A stretch of DNA of 64,000 nt. Source: Gammaproteobacteria bacterium. GTDB taxonomy: Bacteria; Pseudomonadota; Gammaproteobacteria; JAJDYQ01. The notes under the pieces were generated by a model. That model saw only the letters and a program-made list of their open reading frames with translations, did no database searches and was not told the origin of the DNA. The stretch covers positions 1,768,305-1,832,304 of the forward strand of contig OZ243932.1 of the NCBI GenBank assembly GCA_965214035.1, in the 5' to 3' direction. This document shows, piece by piece, positions 41,127-50,987 of the stretch. The position numbers and the translations under genes were made by a program. The stretch's first letter is position 1. Each line of letters begins with the position of its first letter.

Positions 41127-41693
41127 ATGCCCGCTCCAAAGAAAGTCAGGCTGCCCGAACATAACCGGCAATGCGGATTCTGCTGGAAGAGTGGGTTATC
41201 AGGAGTCGTCATGGGCACACTCGGCTGCTGGCTGGTTATGAGTGGCACAATTATCCCGGAAAATCTGACCGGCAACCCCGACAGCGATACCATCCTGCCA
41301 GAGGCGAAGGTAAATACGCCGGAAGAAGATGTCCTGGAAAATCTTCCCATTGAGTTTTACAAACTGCTGCCCAGCCGTGAGGAGCGTGTGGAACCGCATA
41401 CTATCAGCCAACAGATTCGTGAAGGTTCGACGGGCACCACAACCGACAAGGCAAAACCATACCGGCTGCAAGCCGGCTCTTTCCGCAAGCCGGAGGATGC
41501 CGAGCGGCGACGTGCCAGCATTTCAATCCTTGGCCTGGAGGCCGGAATTGAAAAGGTTACTCATGGAAACAAGACCTGGCATCGCGTCATGCTGGGGCCT
41601 TTTGAGTCACTTAGACACCTTGAGGCGACACGCCATCGCTTGAACAGCAATGATATTGAAAGTATTGTCCTGAAACTTAAATCAAGATCTTGA
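41127..41693 (+). CDS. SPOR domain cell division protein (FtsN-like)
   Basis: TM, FYKLLP, LQAGSFR...WHRVMLGPF; follows argS. Confidence 0.85.
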   Translation: MPAPKKVRLPEHNRQCGFCWKSGLSGVVMGTLGCWLVMSGTIIPENLTGNPDSDTILPEAKVNTPEEDVLENLPIEFYKLLPSREERVEPHTISQQIREGSTGTTTDKAKPYRLQAGSFRKPEDAERRRASISILGLEAGIEKVTHGNKTWHRVMLGPFESLRHLEATRHRLNSNDIESIVLKLKSRS

Positions 41694-41740
41694 TTGGGCC
41701 GGTCGCGCCCCTATAATCCAGCGCGTCCGGTATTGTAAAG

Positions 41741-42643
41741 GTGCAACCTATGCTGAGAATTGGTTTATTTCTGGCTACAAACATCGCTGTCATGTTTATC
41801 CTGAGCATCACGTTCAGCTTATTGGGGATAGGCGGCGTGTTGCAGGAAAATGGCGTCGATCTTGATCTCAATGCCCTTCTGATCTATTCCGCCGTGATTG
41901 GCTTTTCCGGCTCCCTGATCTCGCTGTTGATATCAAAGTGGTCCGTCAAGCGGAGCATGGGAGTGCAGGTCATTGCTGATCCGGCCAATGACACCGAACG
42001 CTGGCTCAAGGAAACCGTGCGCCAGCAGGCTGAACGAGCCGGTATCGGAATGCCGGAGGTCGGGATTTTTAATCACCCCTCGCCCAATGCCTTTGCCACC
42101 GGCTGGAATAAAAACAATGCCTTGGTCGCCGTCAGTACCGGCCTCATGGAACACATGAACCGTGATGAGGTCGAAGCCGTACTCGGGCACGAAGTCAGTC
42201 ACGCCGCAAACGGCGATATGGTCACGCTGGCACTGGTGCAGGGTGTGGTCAATACCTTTGTCATTTTTCTGTCACGGGTTATTGGCTTTGTTATTGACCG
42301 GGTCGTCTTCAAGGTACAGCGCGGGCATGGACCGGCCTTCTGGATCGTATCCATACTGGCACAGTTTATACTCGGCATTCTCGCCTCGACCATTGTCATG
42401 TGGTTCTCCCGCCGACGTGAATTCCGTGCCGATGAAGGCGGTGCCCGACTGGCCGGCCGGCACAAGATGATTGCTGCCCTGAAACGTTTGCAGGCCGCAC
42501 ATGATTCGCCACCTCTGCCGGACGAGATGGCCGCATTGGCCATTAATGCCGGCAAGGTTCAGGCCATGTTTTCCAGCCACCCGCCATTGCAGGACCGAAT
42601 TGCTGCCCTTGAGGCATTGACAGACAAACCAACTGTTTATTGA
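41741..42643 (+). CDS. htpX: Protease HtpX
   Basis: RIGLFLATN, PNAFATG, HEVSH, SRRREFRAD, SHPPL. Confidence 0.96.
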   Translation: MQPMLRIGLFLATNIAVMFILSITFSLLGIGGVLQENGVDLDLNALLIYSAVIGFSGSLISLLISKWSVKRSMGVQVIADPANDTERWLKETVRQQAERAGIGMPEVGIFNHPSPNAFATGWNKNNALVAVSTGLMEHMNRDEVEAVLGHEVSHAANGDMVTLALVQGVVNTFVIFLSRVIGFVIDRVVFKVQRGHGPAFWIVSILAQFILGILASTIVMWFSRRREFRADEGGARLAGRHKMIAALKRLQAAHDSPPLPDEMAALAINAGKVQAMFSSHPPLQDRIAALEALTDKPTVY

Positions 42644-42668
42644 TCTGTATATCACCATGGAGAAAGAC

Positions 42669-42905
42669 ATGTCAGAAGCTGCTATTGCCCAAAAAGAACC
42701 CTATGAAGTCGAGCTGGAACCCGGTACCTACTGGTGGTGCGCCTGCGGGCGTTCAAAGAGTCAGCCATTTTGTGATGGCTCTCATTCCGGAACCGATTTT
42801 TCACCGGTTGAAATCAAAGTAACGAAGAAAGAGACTTTCTGGTTGTGCGGCTGCAAGGCTACCGCCGATGCCCCGCATTGCGACGGTGCCCATAATAAAT
42901 TGTAG
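42669..42905 (+). CDS. CDGSH iron-sulfur domain protein (MiNT-like, two domains)
   Basis: CACGRSKSQPFCDGSH and CGCKATADAPHCDGAH. Confidence 0.92.
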   Translation: MSEAAIAQKEPYEVELEPGTYWWCACGRSKSQPFCDGSHSGTDFSPVEIKVTKKETFWLCGCKATADAPHCDGAHNKL

Positions 42906-43118
42906 GTCATCGCTGCATTAGTTGTGTCCGCACAGGTAACGGATCGGCTATTGATCAGGGAATGACATACAATAATCCCTTGACGAGGATGGAAAGCAAC
43001 CAGATTTATCAGGGCCAACAGCAAGGGTGATCTGATGACTGACAGATGCCGAAAAGGTATCATGGAGGAATTTCATGAATCAAGTCTTGACTTTAATCTG
43101 AAACTTGGAAATCAGGAA

Positions 43119-43590
43119 TTAAAACACCCAGTTTTCTTTTTGCATAAAACCCTCCAACCGGATACAGGGAATTTGAAAATACTCGCAGACATTGGGAATT
43201 TTTGCGGCATTCGGAGTGTACTTTTCTTCTGTTACCACGGAAGCATTAAGGTTTTTCGCTCTAGCAATGACGAACGGATCTGCTACAGGACTCCCTTTCA
43301 AACGATTTCTCTTATGAACCATTCCCCGAAAATGCCGCACTTGGAATATTTGTTTAACAAAACCAAATTCTTCAGCGGTTGGTTCCGTAAATAGTATATT
43401 TTTCTTTATCTTTCACCCCTTCCGCAAGCGAATCATTGTAGGAACTTACTTCATTGTACACCTCGCGAACGGAAACCAGCTTTTCTTCACTAACAAGCGC
43501 ATTGAATTTGTTCCATAAAGAAGGGAATCTTTCCGGGTAGTAATACCGAAAGAGATTGATCAGTGAATTACTGTCGAACACATACTTCAC
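43119..43590 (-). pseudogene. DUF4411 family PIN-like protein, frameshifted
   Basis: MKYVFDSNSLI..FPSLW in one frame, continuing as ILFTEPTAEEF..ADPFVIARA..KIPNVC in the +1 frame; shift in A-rich tract near 43400-43410. Confidence 0.8.
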
Positions 43591-44753
43591 ACTGTCACTT
43601 CCTGAGAAAGCATATGGTTCTCGAACTGACTAACGGATGCTTCCTTTATGCCGAGGAATTCAGCCAACTGGGGTTTTGAAATGCTCCCTCGATAAAATTT
43701 CCTGAACGCTGCTTCGATATAGACTGTGCCTAAATAGACCCCTCGATTATTATAATAATTGCCCCCCGACGTTGTCCCCTTCGATTTTTTGCCCCATTCT
43801 TCAACCTTCGATTGATAAAATGAATCCGAAGTCAATTTTAGATCATGGCACTTTCTCAACACGACTTCCCGACTGACGCTGTATTTTTTCGCCAACTTCA
43901 CCAAAAGTTCGTCCGTGAGTTCCCTGTCAACGACATGCGGCTTAATGTCTTCTGTCGGAACCAGAAATTCTCCCGCAAACCGATTGCAGAAAACTTCAAT
44001 GCCCCTGTACTCATCCGCCATGTCACGAATAAAATCATCAGGGTGCGAGTCTATGCCGCCTGTTTTGAACAGAATATGGGCAAGCTCGTGAAACAGAGTG
44101 AATATCTGATGTGTTTTGGGACGGCTGTTATTAATATAAATAACAGGGAATTCTTCGTCATATAAACAGAACCCTGAATATTCCTCATTCCTGAATGCGT
44201 CTTTGAAAACGAAAACGCCATGTCGCACCACCACATTACGCCAAAACTTTAAGGCATCATCGCTGGTTTTCAGAGTGCCCTGCTTATCGAGACCAACACC
44301 AAGATATCTCCGTACTACCTTTGCGACCGAAAAAATAGCATCGGGACCGCCAATTTCAATATCAGTAAAAACCCGTTTTGAGGCAGGGTTGGTTCCATCA
44401 AACAGCTCCTTGAGGTTTTCCTGCATGGCTCGTGCCTGCCGAACCAAATAAAGGAAACGAGGCCCCATCCGCTTGATTTCCGCCTGTGGAAGAGTGCGGA
44501 AAGATTCTCCGGCGGGCTTTTCCTCCGGTGGTTCCGGGAAAAAGAACAATGCCAGTGGACGCCTGTATATTTTATAGGCAAGCTGTTCCAACTGCGCATA
44601 AGTGGGACTCTCATCTCCTGCTTCCCACAGTCTTATGGTTTCAGCCGTTATTTTTTTCCGCTTCAGCTTTGCAACAACATCATCAATAGTGAACTCACCC
44701 GTTTTCCGGGCCCAATACAACATTTCGGGATTCACGGAAATCTGATCGCCCAT
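43587..44753 (-). CDS. XRE-HTH + ImmA/IrrE metallopeptidase
   Basis: N-terminal HTH (WEAGDESPTYAQL), FTLFHELAH zincin motif, EVFCNRFAGEFLVP. Confidence 0.92.
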   Translation of the reverse strand: MGDQISVNPEMLYWARKTGEFTIDDVVAKLKRKKITAETIRLWEAGDESPTYAQLEQLAYKIYRRPLALFFFPEPPEEKPAGESFRTLPQAEIKRMGPRFLYLVRQARAMQENLKELFDGTNPASKRVFTDIEIGGPDAIFSVAKVVRRYLGVGLDKQGTLKTSDDALKFWRNVVVRHGVFVFKDAFRNEEYSGFCLYDEEFPVIYINNSRPKTHQIFTLFHELAHILFKTGGIDSHPDDFIRDMADEYRGIEVFCNRFAGEFLVPTEDIKPHVVDRELTDELLVKLAKKYSVSREVVLRKCHDLKLTSDSFYQSKVEEWGKKSKGTTSGGNYYNNRGVYLGTVYIEAAFRKFYRGSISKPQLAEFLGIKEASVSQFENHMLSQEVTV

Positions 44754-44924
44754 GGCTTTCGGCTGCCTCTGTTGATCAATCTGATGGATTGGAATTGTGT
44801 ATTAACAGAAGCCAGTAATCAATAATTTTTGGTCAGTTTTATACTATTCTCTTTTTAAGTAACGCCGATCTTAACGAAAACAGAAAGCCTACACAGGAAG
44901 AATTGAACAAGCGGTGGCGGCTGG

Positions 44925-45236
44925 TTAAGAAGTAGTCAGACCATCCTTGCAGATTTTGCTACATAATTCCCCTAAAATATCTTCCGATTTTTTTATGTGT
45001 CTGGGATTGATTTTACTGGTATCCATAGCTGCCAAATCTGATATTTTTTTGTGAAAATAATCCAGGCTTGTCCCGTGCAATAGAGGATTGAATCGGATAT
45101 AGGCCAGCTCGGACATACAGGCCATTATCTATGCTGTTCTATCGCTGTATGCCTGCCTGTAAGAAGGCAGTTCTTTTGACAGAAGAGCTTCAATTTCTTT
45201 TTTTTAGCTTTGTGAGGCTGCAATACTGTTTGACAT
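44925..45236 (-). pseudogene. Truncated duplicate of the lipase 5' region
   Basis: Near-identical to the start of 45643..46722 but with nonsense codons (CAA>TAA, TGG>TAG); homology ends after ~85 codons. Confidence 0.85.
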
Positions 45237-45461
45237 TGGTTTTCCTCTTGCTTGTGTTATTTGGAAAGGGAACTATATAAGGGTTCCTGTTTATCGGCAG
45301 GAATTTCTGGAGTGGGTAATTGTTTGGCAACACACAGTTGCCGGCCCACTGTTCCCCCGGCCTCATTATTCGGAAATCCTCTCAGCTACCCATTGAGGAA
45401 ACCTTATCAGGCATGGTTGACCCCAACCTGTGCAAACTCACAATGGCTTGCTGGCAGAGGT
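44975..45461. repeat. Direct repeat copy B (~490 bp; partner at ~46461-46947)
   Basis: Base-by-base match at offset 1486 with scattered substitutions. Confidence 0.93.
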
Positions 45462-45622
45462 TCGCCCTCTCCTTTCAGTCCCTCAAGGTGAAATTCAATG
45501 GCTTCCTTAACCAGCCGCAAGACCTCCTCTTTGGTTTCTCCAACGGCGATACATCCCGGAAGATCGGGAGCGCAAGCCCCATAACTGGTCTCGCCCTGCT
45601 CAATAACTACGGTAAGTTTCAC
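45407..45622 (-). CDS. hicB: HicB family antitoxin (orphan)
   Basis: VKLTVVIEQGETSYGACAPDLPGCIAVGETKEEV..EAIEFHLEGL; GTG start 45622. Confidence 0.9.
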   Translation of the reverse strand: MKLTVVIEQGETSYGACAPDLPGCIAVGETKEEVLRLVKEAIEFHLEGLKGEGEPLPASHCEFAQVGVNHA

Positions 45623-45642
45623 GATCAAAGAAATTTCCAACG

Positions 45643-46722
45643 CTATATGTGATTTCTTTTTCGGGCTATTATGAATAGTTTTTTCCTGTAAATGCTGATG
45701 GAGTGATCTGATAAAAACTTTTTCCAGGGGCCGTTTTTACTGAACCATGCCTGCACCCTATAAAACCAGCTAACGGAATATAACAGCCTGACTTCTTTAT
45801 AGTCTCCCCTTGGGCAATTCGTTAGATATCGCATATTCCCACCGTGGAAATAACCACTAAAGTTTAATAGTATCCAATTCTCAACTGATTTTCCTATAGT
45901 TGGAATGAATTTGGCAGCCAATCCCATCAATTTTATTATTGATCCATTCGGAGGTAACATAGTCACGCAGTCAGCGGCATTCACTATTCTATAGACAGGT
46001 GTCTTTATATCTGAAATCCAGTTCTCATCACCTACCCTTGGGGCACCAAATGTGTAACAAGCTGCATTTCCTGCCTGATGCGTTATTTTTTTCGCTGCTA
46101 TTGTGGCTAAAGCTCCTCCCAGACCATGACCTGTTATGAATAAGGATTTTTCTTTAACAGATTCTGTTTCAAGTGCTGCCTCTATGTCGAGTCGCACTTT
46201 CTGAAACGCTTCCTCGAAAGCGCTATGAATTTTTCCGCCACCATCATCTTTCTTGATCACTGCGCTTGTATTCGCTTTTATATCTTTAATGCTGATTGCC
46301 TCTGTTCCCCTGAATGCCAAAACAGCATATTGATCGTTCATCACTAAAATAGCTTGCGTTTCATCTTTATTAAAGATTTGAACAAGCTGATAGTTTAATA
46401 GCTGTAATTCCTGTTCCAGATTTTCCTTTTCTTTTTCGTGGTCATAATTAGCAATATCTAAAATACCTTCCAATTTTTTTATGTATCGGGGATTGATTTT
46501 ACTGGTATCCATAGCTGCCAAATCTGATATTTTTTTGTGAAAATAATCCAGGCTTATCCCGCGCAATAGAGGATTGAATCGGATATAGGCCAGCTCGGAC
46601 ATACATGCCATTATCCATGCTGTTCTATCGCTGTATGCCTGCCTGTAAGAAGGCAGTTCTCTTGACAGAAGATCTGCCATTTCCTTTTTTTGGCTTTGTG
46701 AAGTTGCAATACTGTTTGACAT
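45643..46722 (-). CDS. Lipase class 3 family protein with nucleophile Ser replaced by Gly
   Basis: LAFRGTE, IHSAF, ITGHGLGGALA (canonical GHSLGG), YTFGAPRVG, RIVNAADCV, DHSISIY. Confidence 0.85.
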   Translation of the reverse strand: MSNSIATSQSQKKEMADLLSRELPSYRQAYSDRTAWIMACMSELAYIRFNPLLRGISLDYFHKKISDLAAMDTSKINPRYIKKLEGILDIANYDHEKEKENLEQELQLLNYQLVQIFNKDETQAILVMNDQYAVLAFRGTEAISIKDIKANTSAVIKKDDGGGKIHSAFEEAFQKVRLDIEAALETESVKEKSLFITGHGLGGALATIAAKKITHQAGNAACYTFGAPRVGDENWISDIKTPVYRIVNAADCVTMLPPNGSIIKLMGLAAKFIPTIGKSVENWILLNFSGYFHGGNMRYLTNCPRGDYKEVRLLYSVSWFYRVQAWFSKNGPWKKFLSDHSISIYRKKLFIIARKRNHI

Positions 46723-46947
46723 TGGTTTTTCCTCTCGCTTGTGTTATGCGGAAAGGGCATTATATAAGGATTCCTATTCATCGGCAGGAATTTCTGGAGT
46801 GGGTAATTGTTTGGCAACACACAGTTGCCGGCCCACTATTCCCCGGCCTCACTATTCGGAAATCCTCTCAGCTACCCATTGAGCAAACCTTATCGGGCAT
46901 GGTTGACCTCAACCTGTGCAAACTCACAATAGCTTGCTGGCAACGGT
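46461..46947. repeat. Direct repeat copy A (~490 bp; partner at ~44975-45461)
   Basis: Covers hicB 3' end, spacer and lipase 5' region. Confidence 0.93.
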
Positions 46948-48478
46948 AATTTTCATGATCAAACTCCTTCATTTTCTCCGGCGGTAAGGGTTTGGGGAAT
47001 ATGATCCCTTGTTGCTTCAGGTCATCGGCATAGACCGGGTGCTGCATCAGGTCAGTGCGAGTGCGACGCACGGTCAACGGTTCTATAATTTTATTACGTA
47101 TGCGGGCATACAGGTTTTCCATGCTCTGATGAGAGGCTTCATCGGGGTTCCTGTTTTGCAGGATTTCTCTGTATTCATTTGCTGCCGTGATAAAAAATCG
47201 GCTGATATTGATATCCAGTGTACTGTCGTTGGCATCCTGGAACAGAAGCAACTGGTTTCTTATGTCGTCCGGACGATTATTGAGCGGTGTGGCAGAAACG
47301 AGGATGACCCGTTTCGTATCTCCTTCCCTGCGGCATGGAAATTTACATATCCTTTGTAATTCGGAATAGCCCTGTGAGGCGTCATTCCTGAATTTATGCG
47401 CTTCATCGACGATGACCAGATCGTACTGTCTTGCCTTCGTAATTTTATGGAGGCTACCTGATGTGATGATTTTAACATTATCCAGCCCAAACTTACCAGT
47501 AGTCTCTTTCCAATTTTCCTTGACCGCCGGTGGACAAACGATCAAAGTCCAAGAACGGTATTCGGGATAGTCATTAAGATAGAAATACTTGCGGGCGGTT
47601 AACGTGGCAATGACGGTTTTGCCCAGCCCCACTACGTCAGACAGAAAAAAGCCATTGTGTTTTTCGAGCAACAGAAAACCTTGCTCCACAGCGTCCATCT
47701 GGTAATTCAGGCGCAGCCACCCTTTCGGCAGATCGGTCACGCTGTTGGGATCAAATTCGATTTCCTTGCCAAAGTATTCAATCAGCAGCTTGATGTAAAT
47801 TTCAAATGGTGTGAAGTCATCCCGCAGGTGTGTCTGGTCTTTGGCATCAGCGATTTGTTCAGGCAGTACCTCAACTGCTTCAGCCCATAGCTTTTCAAAT
47901 TCATCGCTCGCAAACTTGATGTCGTCATAGTCCCTCAGGGAAACATTAAATTCATAGTTAATGGAGTGCTCCTCTGCTCCGAGTCCCGCGCCGGTCAAGT
48001 TGGGCGAGCCAGTGATGACTTCACCACTGCTATGTTCATTGAAATCTACGGGTCGAAAAATATAGATCTTGGCGCGCAGCTTGCGCGACGGATGCGCTCT
48101 GATGAGGACTCTTCCTGACTGTATGTCTTTTACAAATTGCAGAATACTGTTTTCAACTTGTTCATCGTATTCGGCATTTGTGATTTCCTGTTTGAACTGC
48201 TCGATATAATCCTGTTTGGCTTGTGCCTTGTTGACGCCAAATGGTAATGACAGACCTCTTTGCTGTGCCATATTGGTCCATCGGTCAACATCAATACCTA
48301 CCAGTATCCGTATCTGTTCCAGTTTTTCCAAATGCGGGCGCAGGTGGAAGTAGCCGGTGGAGCGGAAGTAGGCAACCAGAGTGTCAAATTCAGCTATTTG
48401 CGGATTGTTCTCGAATACTGCCGCAAATTTTTGCAATACGGTGTTACCGTCGCTGTTCGTGAAGAATCGGGTGGTCAT
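46868..48478 (-). pseudogene. PLD-nuclease/SNF2 helicase fusion, C-terminally truncated
   Basis: PLD-like LRAKIYIF..ITGSPNLT, DVVGLGKT, IVDEAHKFRN, SATPLNN, RRTR; homology ends ~46975, no helicase C domain, tail runs into the repeat. Confidence 0.8.
46890..46956 (-). pseudogene. hicB: hicB copy with internal deletion
   Basis: AAGGAG RBS, ATG AAA ATT ACC GTT G joined directly to the hicB 3' end (PLPASYCEFAQVEVNHA). Confidence 0.7.
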
Positions 48479-48655
48479 GAATTGTGGGTATTCTTAAATA
48501 ACAGTAATAAACCATTTAACCAGCGATTCAAAACTCGTCCCTTTTTTGCAGAAGTCGCGGTTGCACACAGCCTTATGCCCCCCCCTGTAAGCTACAGGAT
48601 AAAAGACTTGCATGGCTTGTCAAGGGACTATTGTATGTCATTCTCATTGATTCAT

Positions 48656-49561
48656 TCAGGGTGGTTCGCCAGGCATGTAAAGTGCGGCCGCCCCTCTTAC
48701 GCCACTGTCATCACCGTGCAGATTGCGCACCAGACGGGTCTGCACATTGTCAGAGAATATGTATTCGCCCCAACACTCCGGCACCCGTTCATACAGGGTT
48801 TCGATATTCGATAGTCCACCGCCCAGAACAATGACCTCCGGGTCAAAGATGTTAATGACGATCGATAGTGATCTCGCGAGCCGGTCAATATAGATATCCA
48901 GTGCCTCCGCAGCCAGTGGATTGTTGCGGACCTGTGCCATAATCTCGGCGGCAGTCAGTTGCTCTCCACCTGAATCCCGGTAGTGTATGGCCATGCCCGG
49001 ACCTGACAGAAAGGTCTCGATACATCCTGAATGGCCGCAGTAGCAGGGAATTCCAGGGCGCTCATCGTCACGGGCCAAAGGCAGGGAACAGTGTCCCCAT
49101 TCGCCGGCAATCGCATTAGGACCTGTAATCAGTTGTCCGTCAAAAACCAGCCCACCCCCAACTCCTGTACCAATAATGACTCCAAACACGGAACGCGCTC
49201 CGGCGGCCGCACCATCGGTTGCTTCGGACACGGCAAAACAATCGGCATCATTACGCAAACGAAAAGGCCGCCCCAGGGCCTTTTCAATATCCCTGCCCAC
49301 CGGCTTCAGGTTCAGACAAGCCGAGTTTGAGTTGCGCATCAGCCTCGTTGTCGGAGAAATGGCACCGGGAGTACCAATACCAACCGTTGCCGAGCAACCA
49401 ACTTTAGATTCCAGCCATTCAACCATGCGTACAATTTTGTGCAGAGTCAGTCCGTAGTCCTCAGGTGCAGCGGGAATACGCTCATAAGCCTGGGCATTAC
49501 CATCGTCATCCAGGACGATACCCGCTATCTTTGTGCCGCCCAGATCAATTCCGATACGCAT
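48656..49561 (-). CDS. mak: ROK family kinase (fructokinase Mak-like)
   Basis: IGIDLGGTK, NDADCFA, GTGVGGG, GEWGH, CYCGHSGCIE, HGDDSGVRGAA. Confidence 0.88.
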   Translation of the reverse strand: MRIGIDLGGTKIAGIVLDDDGNAQAYERIPAAPEDYGLTLHKIVRMVEWLESKVGCSATVGIGTPGAISPTTRLMRNSNSACLNLKPVGRDIEKALGRPFRLRNDADCFAVSEATDGAAAGARSVFGVIIGTGVGGGLVFDGQLITGPNAIAGEWGHCSLPLARDDERPGIPCYCGHSGCIETFLSGPGMAIHYRDSGGEQLTAAEIMAQVRNNPLAAEALDIYIDRLARSLSIVINIFDPEVIVLGGGLSNIETLYERVPECWGEYIFSDNVQTRLVRNLHGDDSGVRGAAALYMPGEPP

Positions 49562-49570
49562 GGCCTGCCC

Positions 49571-50146
49571 CTAAAGCTGTATGGTTGGCGGACGCTCATT
49601 ACCGAACTTCACCGTAACCATGCCGGCCGAATCTATCTGCATCCGATATATCGCCTGCAATGGTGCCTTCAGTACATTGGCAATGATTGCCCGAATAACA
49701 CCGGAGTGGGCAATCAGCAGAATGCGCTCAATGTCATGGCATGCGCTGATTTCTTCCCAGGCCTCTGATACGCGCCAATAAAAGCTGCGCAGGCACTCTG
49801 CTCCATCAGGTTGATAATTGACCGGGTCATGGTAAAAATTTCTGAAGGCTTCGGCATCCCGCTGACGAATATCATCGCCTGTACGATTTTCCCAGCGGCC
49901 AAAACCAATCTCTTTCAGTCGGTCGTCAACATTGGCGACGATGTTAAGTCTGGTCGCCAGCTCGTCAGCAAAATCGGCACAACGGCATAGTGGCGAATGC
50001 ACAATCATGTCCCAGTCATTGCGTTCGGCAACGGCTTCGCGCATTTCCCGCCAACCCTTGTCGCTTAACGGATGATCGGTCTGCCCCCGATACATCCTTC
50101 CGCCTACTGGCTCACCGTGGCGCAGTAAATCAATCTGTTTCAACAT
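49571..50146 (-). CDS. Histidine phosphatase family protein (CobC-like)
   Basis: LLRHGE, SPLCRC, EIGFGRWE, AHSGVIR; start ATG 50146. Confidence 0.88.
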   Translation of the reverse strand: MLKQIDLLRHGEPVGGRMYRGQTDHPLSDKGWREMREAVAERNDWDMIVHSPLCRCADFADELATRLNIVANVDDRLKEIGFGRWENRTGDDIRQRDAEAFRNFYHDPVNYQPDGAECLRSFYWRVSEAWEEISACHDIERILLIAHSGVIRAIIANVLKAPLQAIYRMQIDSAGMVTVKFGNERPPTIQL

Positions 50147-50255
50147 GCTTGCCGTTATTATGGAAGCCCTGATAAAGCGCCTGCATACGCAGACTGTCGT
50201 ATATTGTACATCATGCCACACCCAGCTATCTGTCCGGCGAAAGCCGCACAGGCTG

Positions 50256-50987
50256 TCAGAATTCGGTCGGAATATCAGAAAATCCGGCGTAAACCGGTTC
50301 ATAGCGGGTCATCAGATAGACCCATTCCGTGAGATGCACAAGACCACGCTGCCTGAAGCACTGCTCCTGACCGATAATATCGGTATCGGACAAGAATTCG
50401 ATGATATGGTCAAAAGAATATTGCCAGACTACTTCTTCATAATCGACTGAATAGGGCGGACCCTCCATAAGCGACTGATCATAATCGAGCGTAATCAGCA
50501 GGGTCTTTGTACCGGTACCAAATAGCTTTCGTGTCTGGCGCATGTATGCTTTACGCCCTCTCTCTCCTTCTTTCGGCAGGGCAACCAGTGAACCTCTGTC
50601 ATAGACCATCGGGATTTTCTCCACCTGGTCAGGCGTCATATCAAAATAATCTCCCTCATACAGGGCGTAAGGACCGGCCTGCCAGAGCGTCAGTCTGCCA
50701 CTTGACTGTCTCCGGGGGCGCAGGCCGACTGCCGAGAAAAAGTCTTCAATCGCCTTATCGCTAATCTCACAGCCCACCACATTGAGTCCCTGTTCGGCCA
50801 GCCAGATCATATCCGGGGTTCTACCACACAGGGGTACAAATACAGAGTCGCCTTTGCTGCATTCAAGACGGGGGAAAAATTTAACCAGAGACGGATGAGC
50901 ATCTGATAGCTGCCAACCTGTCATGCCCTCTTCCCAGCGCCGCTTCCAGTACGCCGGCTTATCGACTACTGCCTCATCGGAAGACAA
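50256..50987 (-). CDS. Thiopurine S-methyltransferase family protein
   Basis: YWKRRW, VFVPLCG, GCEIS, YDRGSLVALP, GPPYSV. Confidence 0.9.
   Translation of the reverse strand: MSSDEAVVDKPAYWKRRWEEGMTGWQLSDAHPSLVKFFPRLECSKGDSVFVPLCGRTPDMIWLAEQGLNVVGCEISDKAIEDFFSAVGLRPRRQSSGRLTLWQAGPYALYEGDYFDMTPDQVEKIPMVYDRGSLVALPKEGERGRKAYMRQTRKLFGTGTKTLLITLDYDQSLMEGPPYSVDYEEVVWQYSFDHIIEFLSDTDIIGQEQCFRQRGLVHLTEWVYLMTRYEPVYAGFSDIPTEF

Noticed and set aside
45300-45413. hicA remnant starting MPDKV after hicB
   Set aside because: Stops after 10 codons in both copies; no HicA GSH motif seen
44975-46947. IS/MITE or CRISPR interpretation of the direct repeat
   Set aside because: Two long copies made of gene fragments; no terminal inverted repeats, transposase or repeat-spacer periodicity
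48260-48814. 184-aa plus-strand ORF overlapping the helicase start and the ROK kinase end
   Set aside because: Overlaps two supported opposite-strand genes and has no motifs
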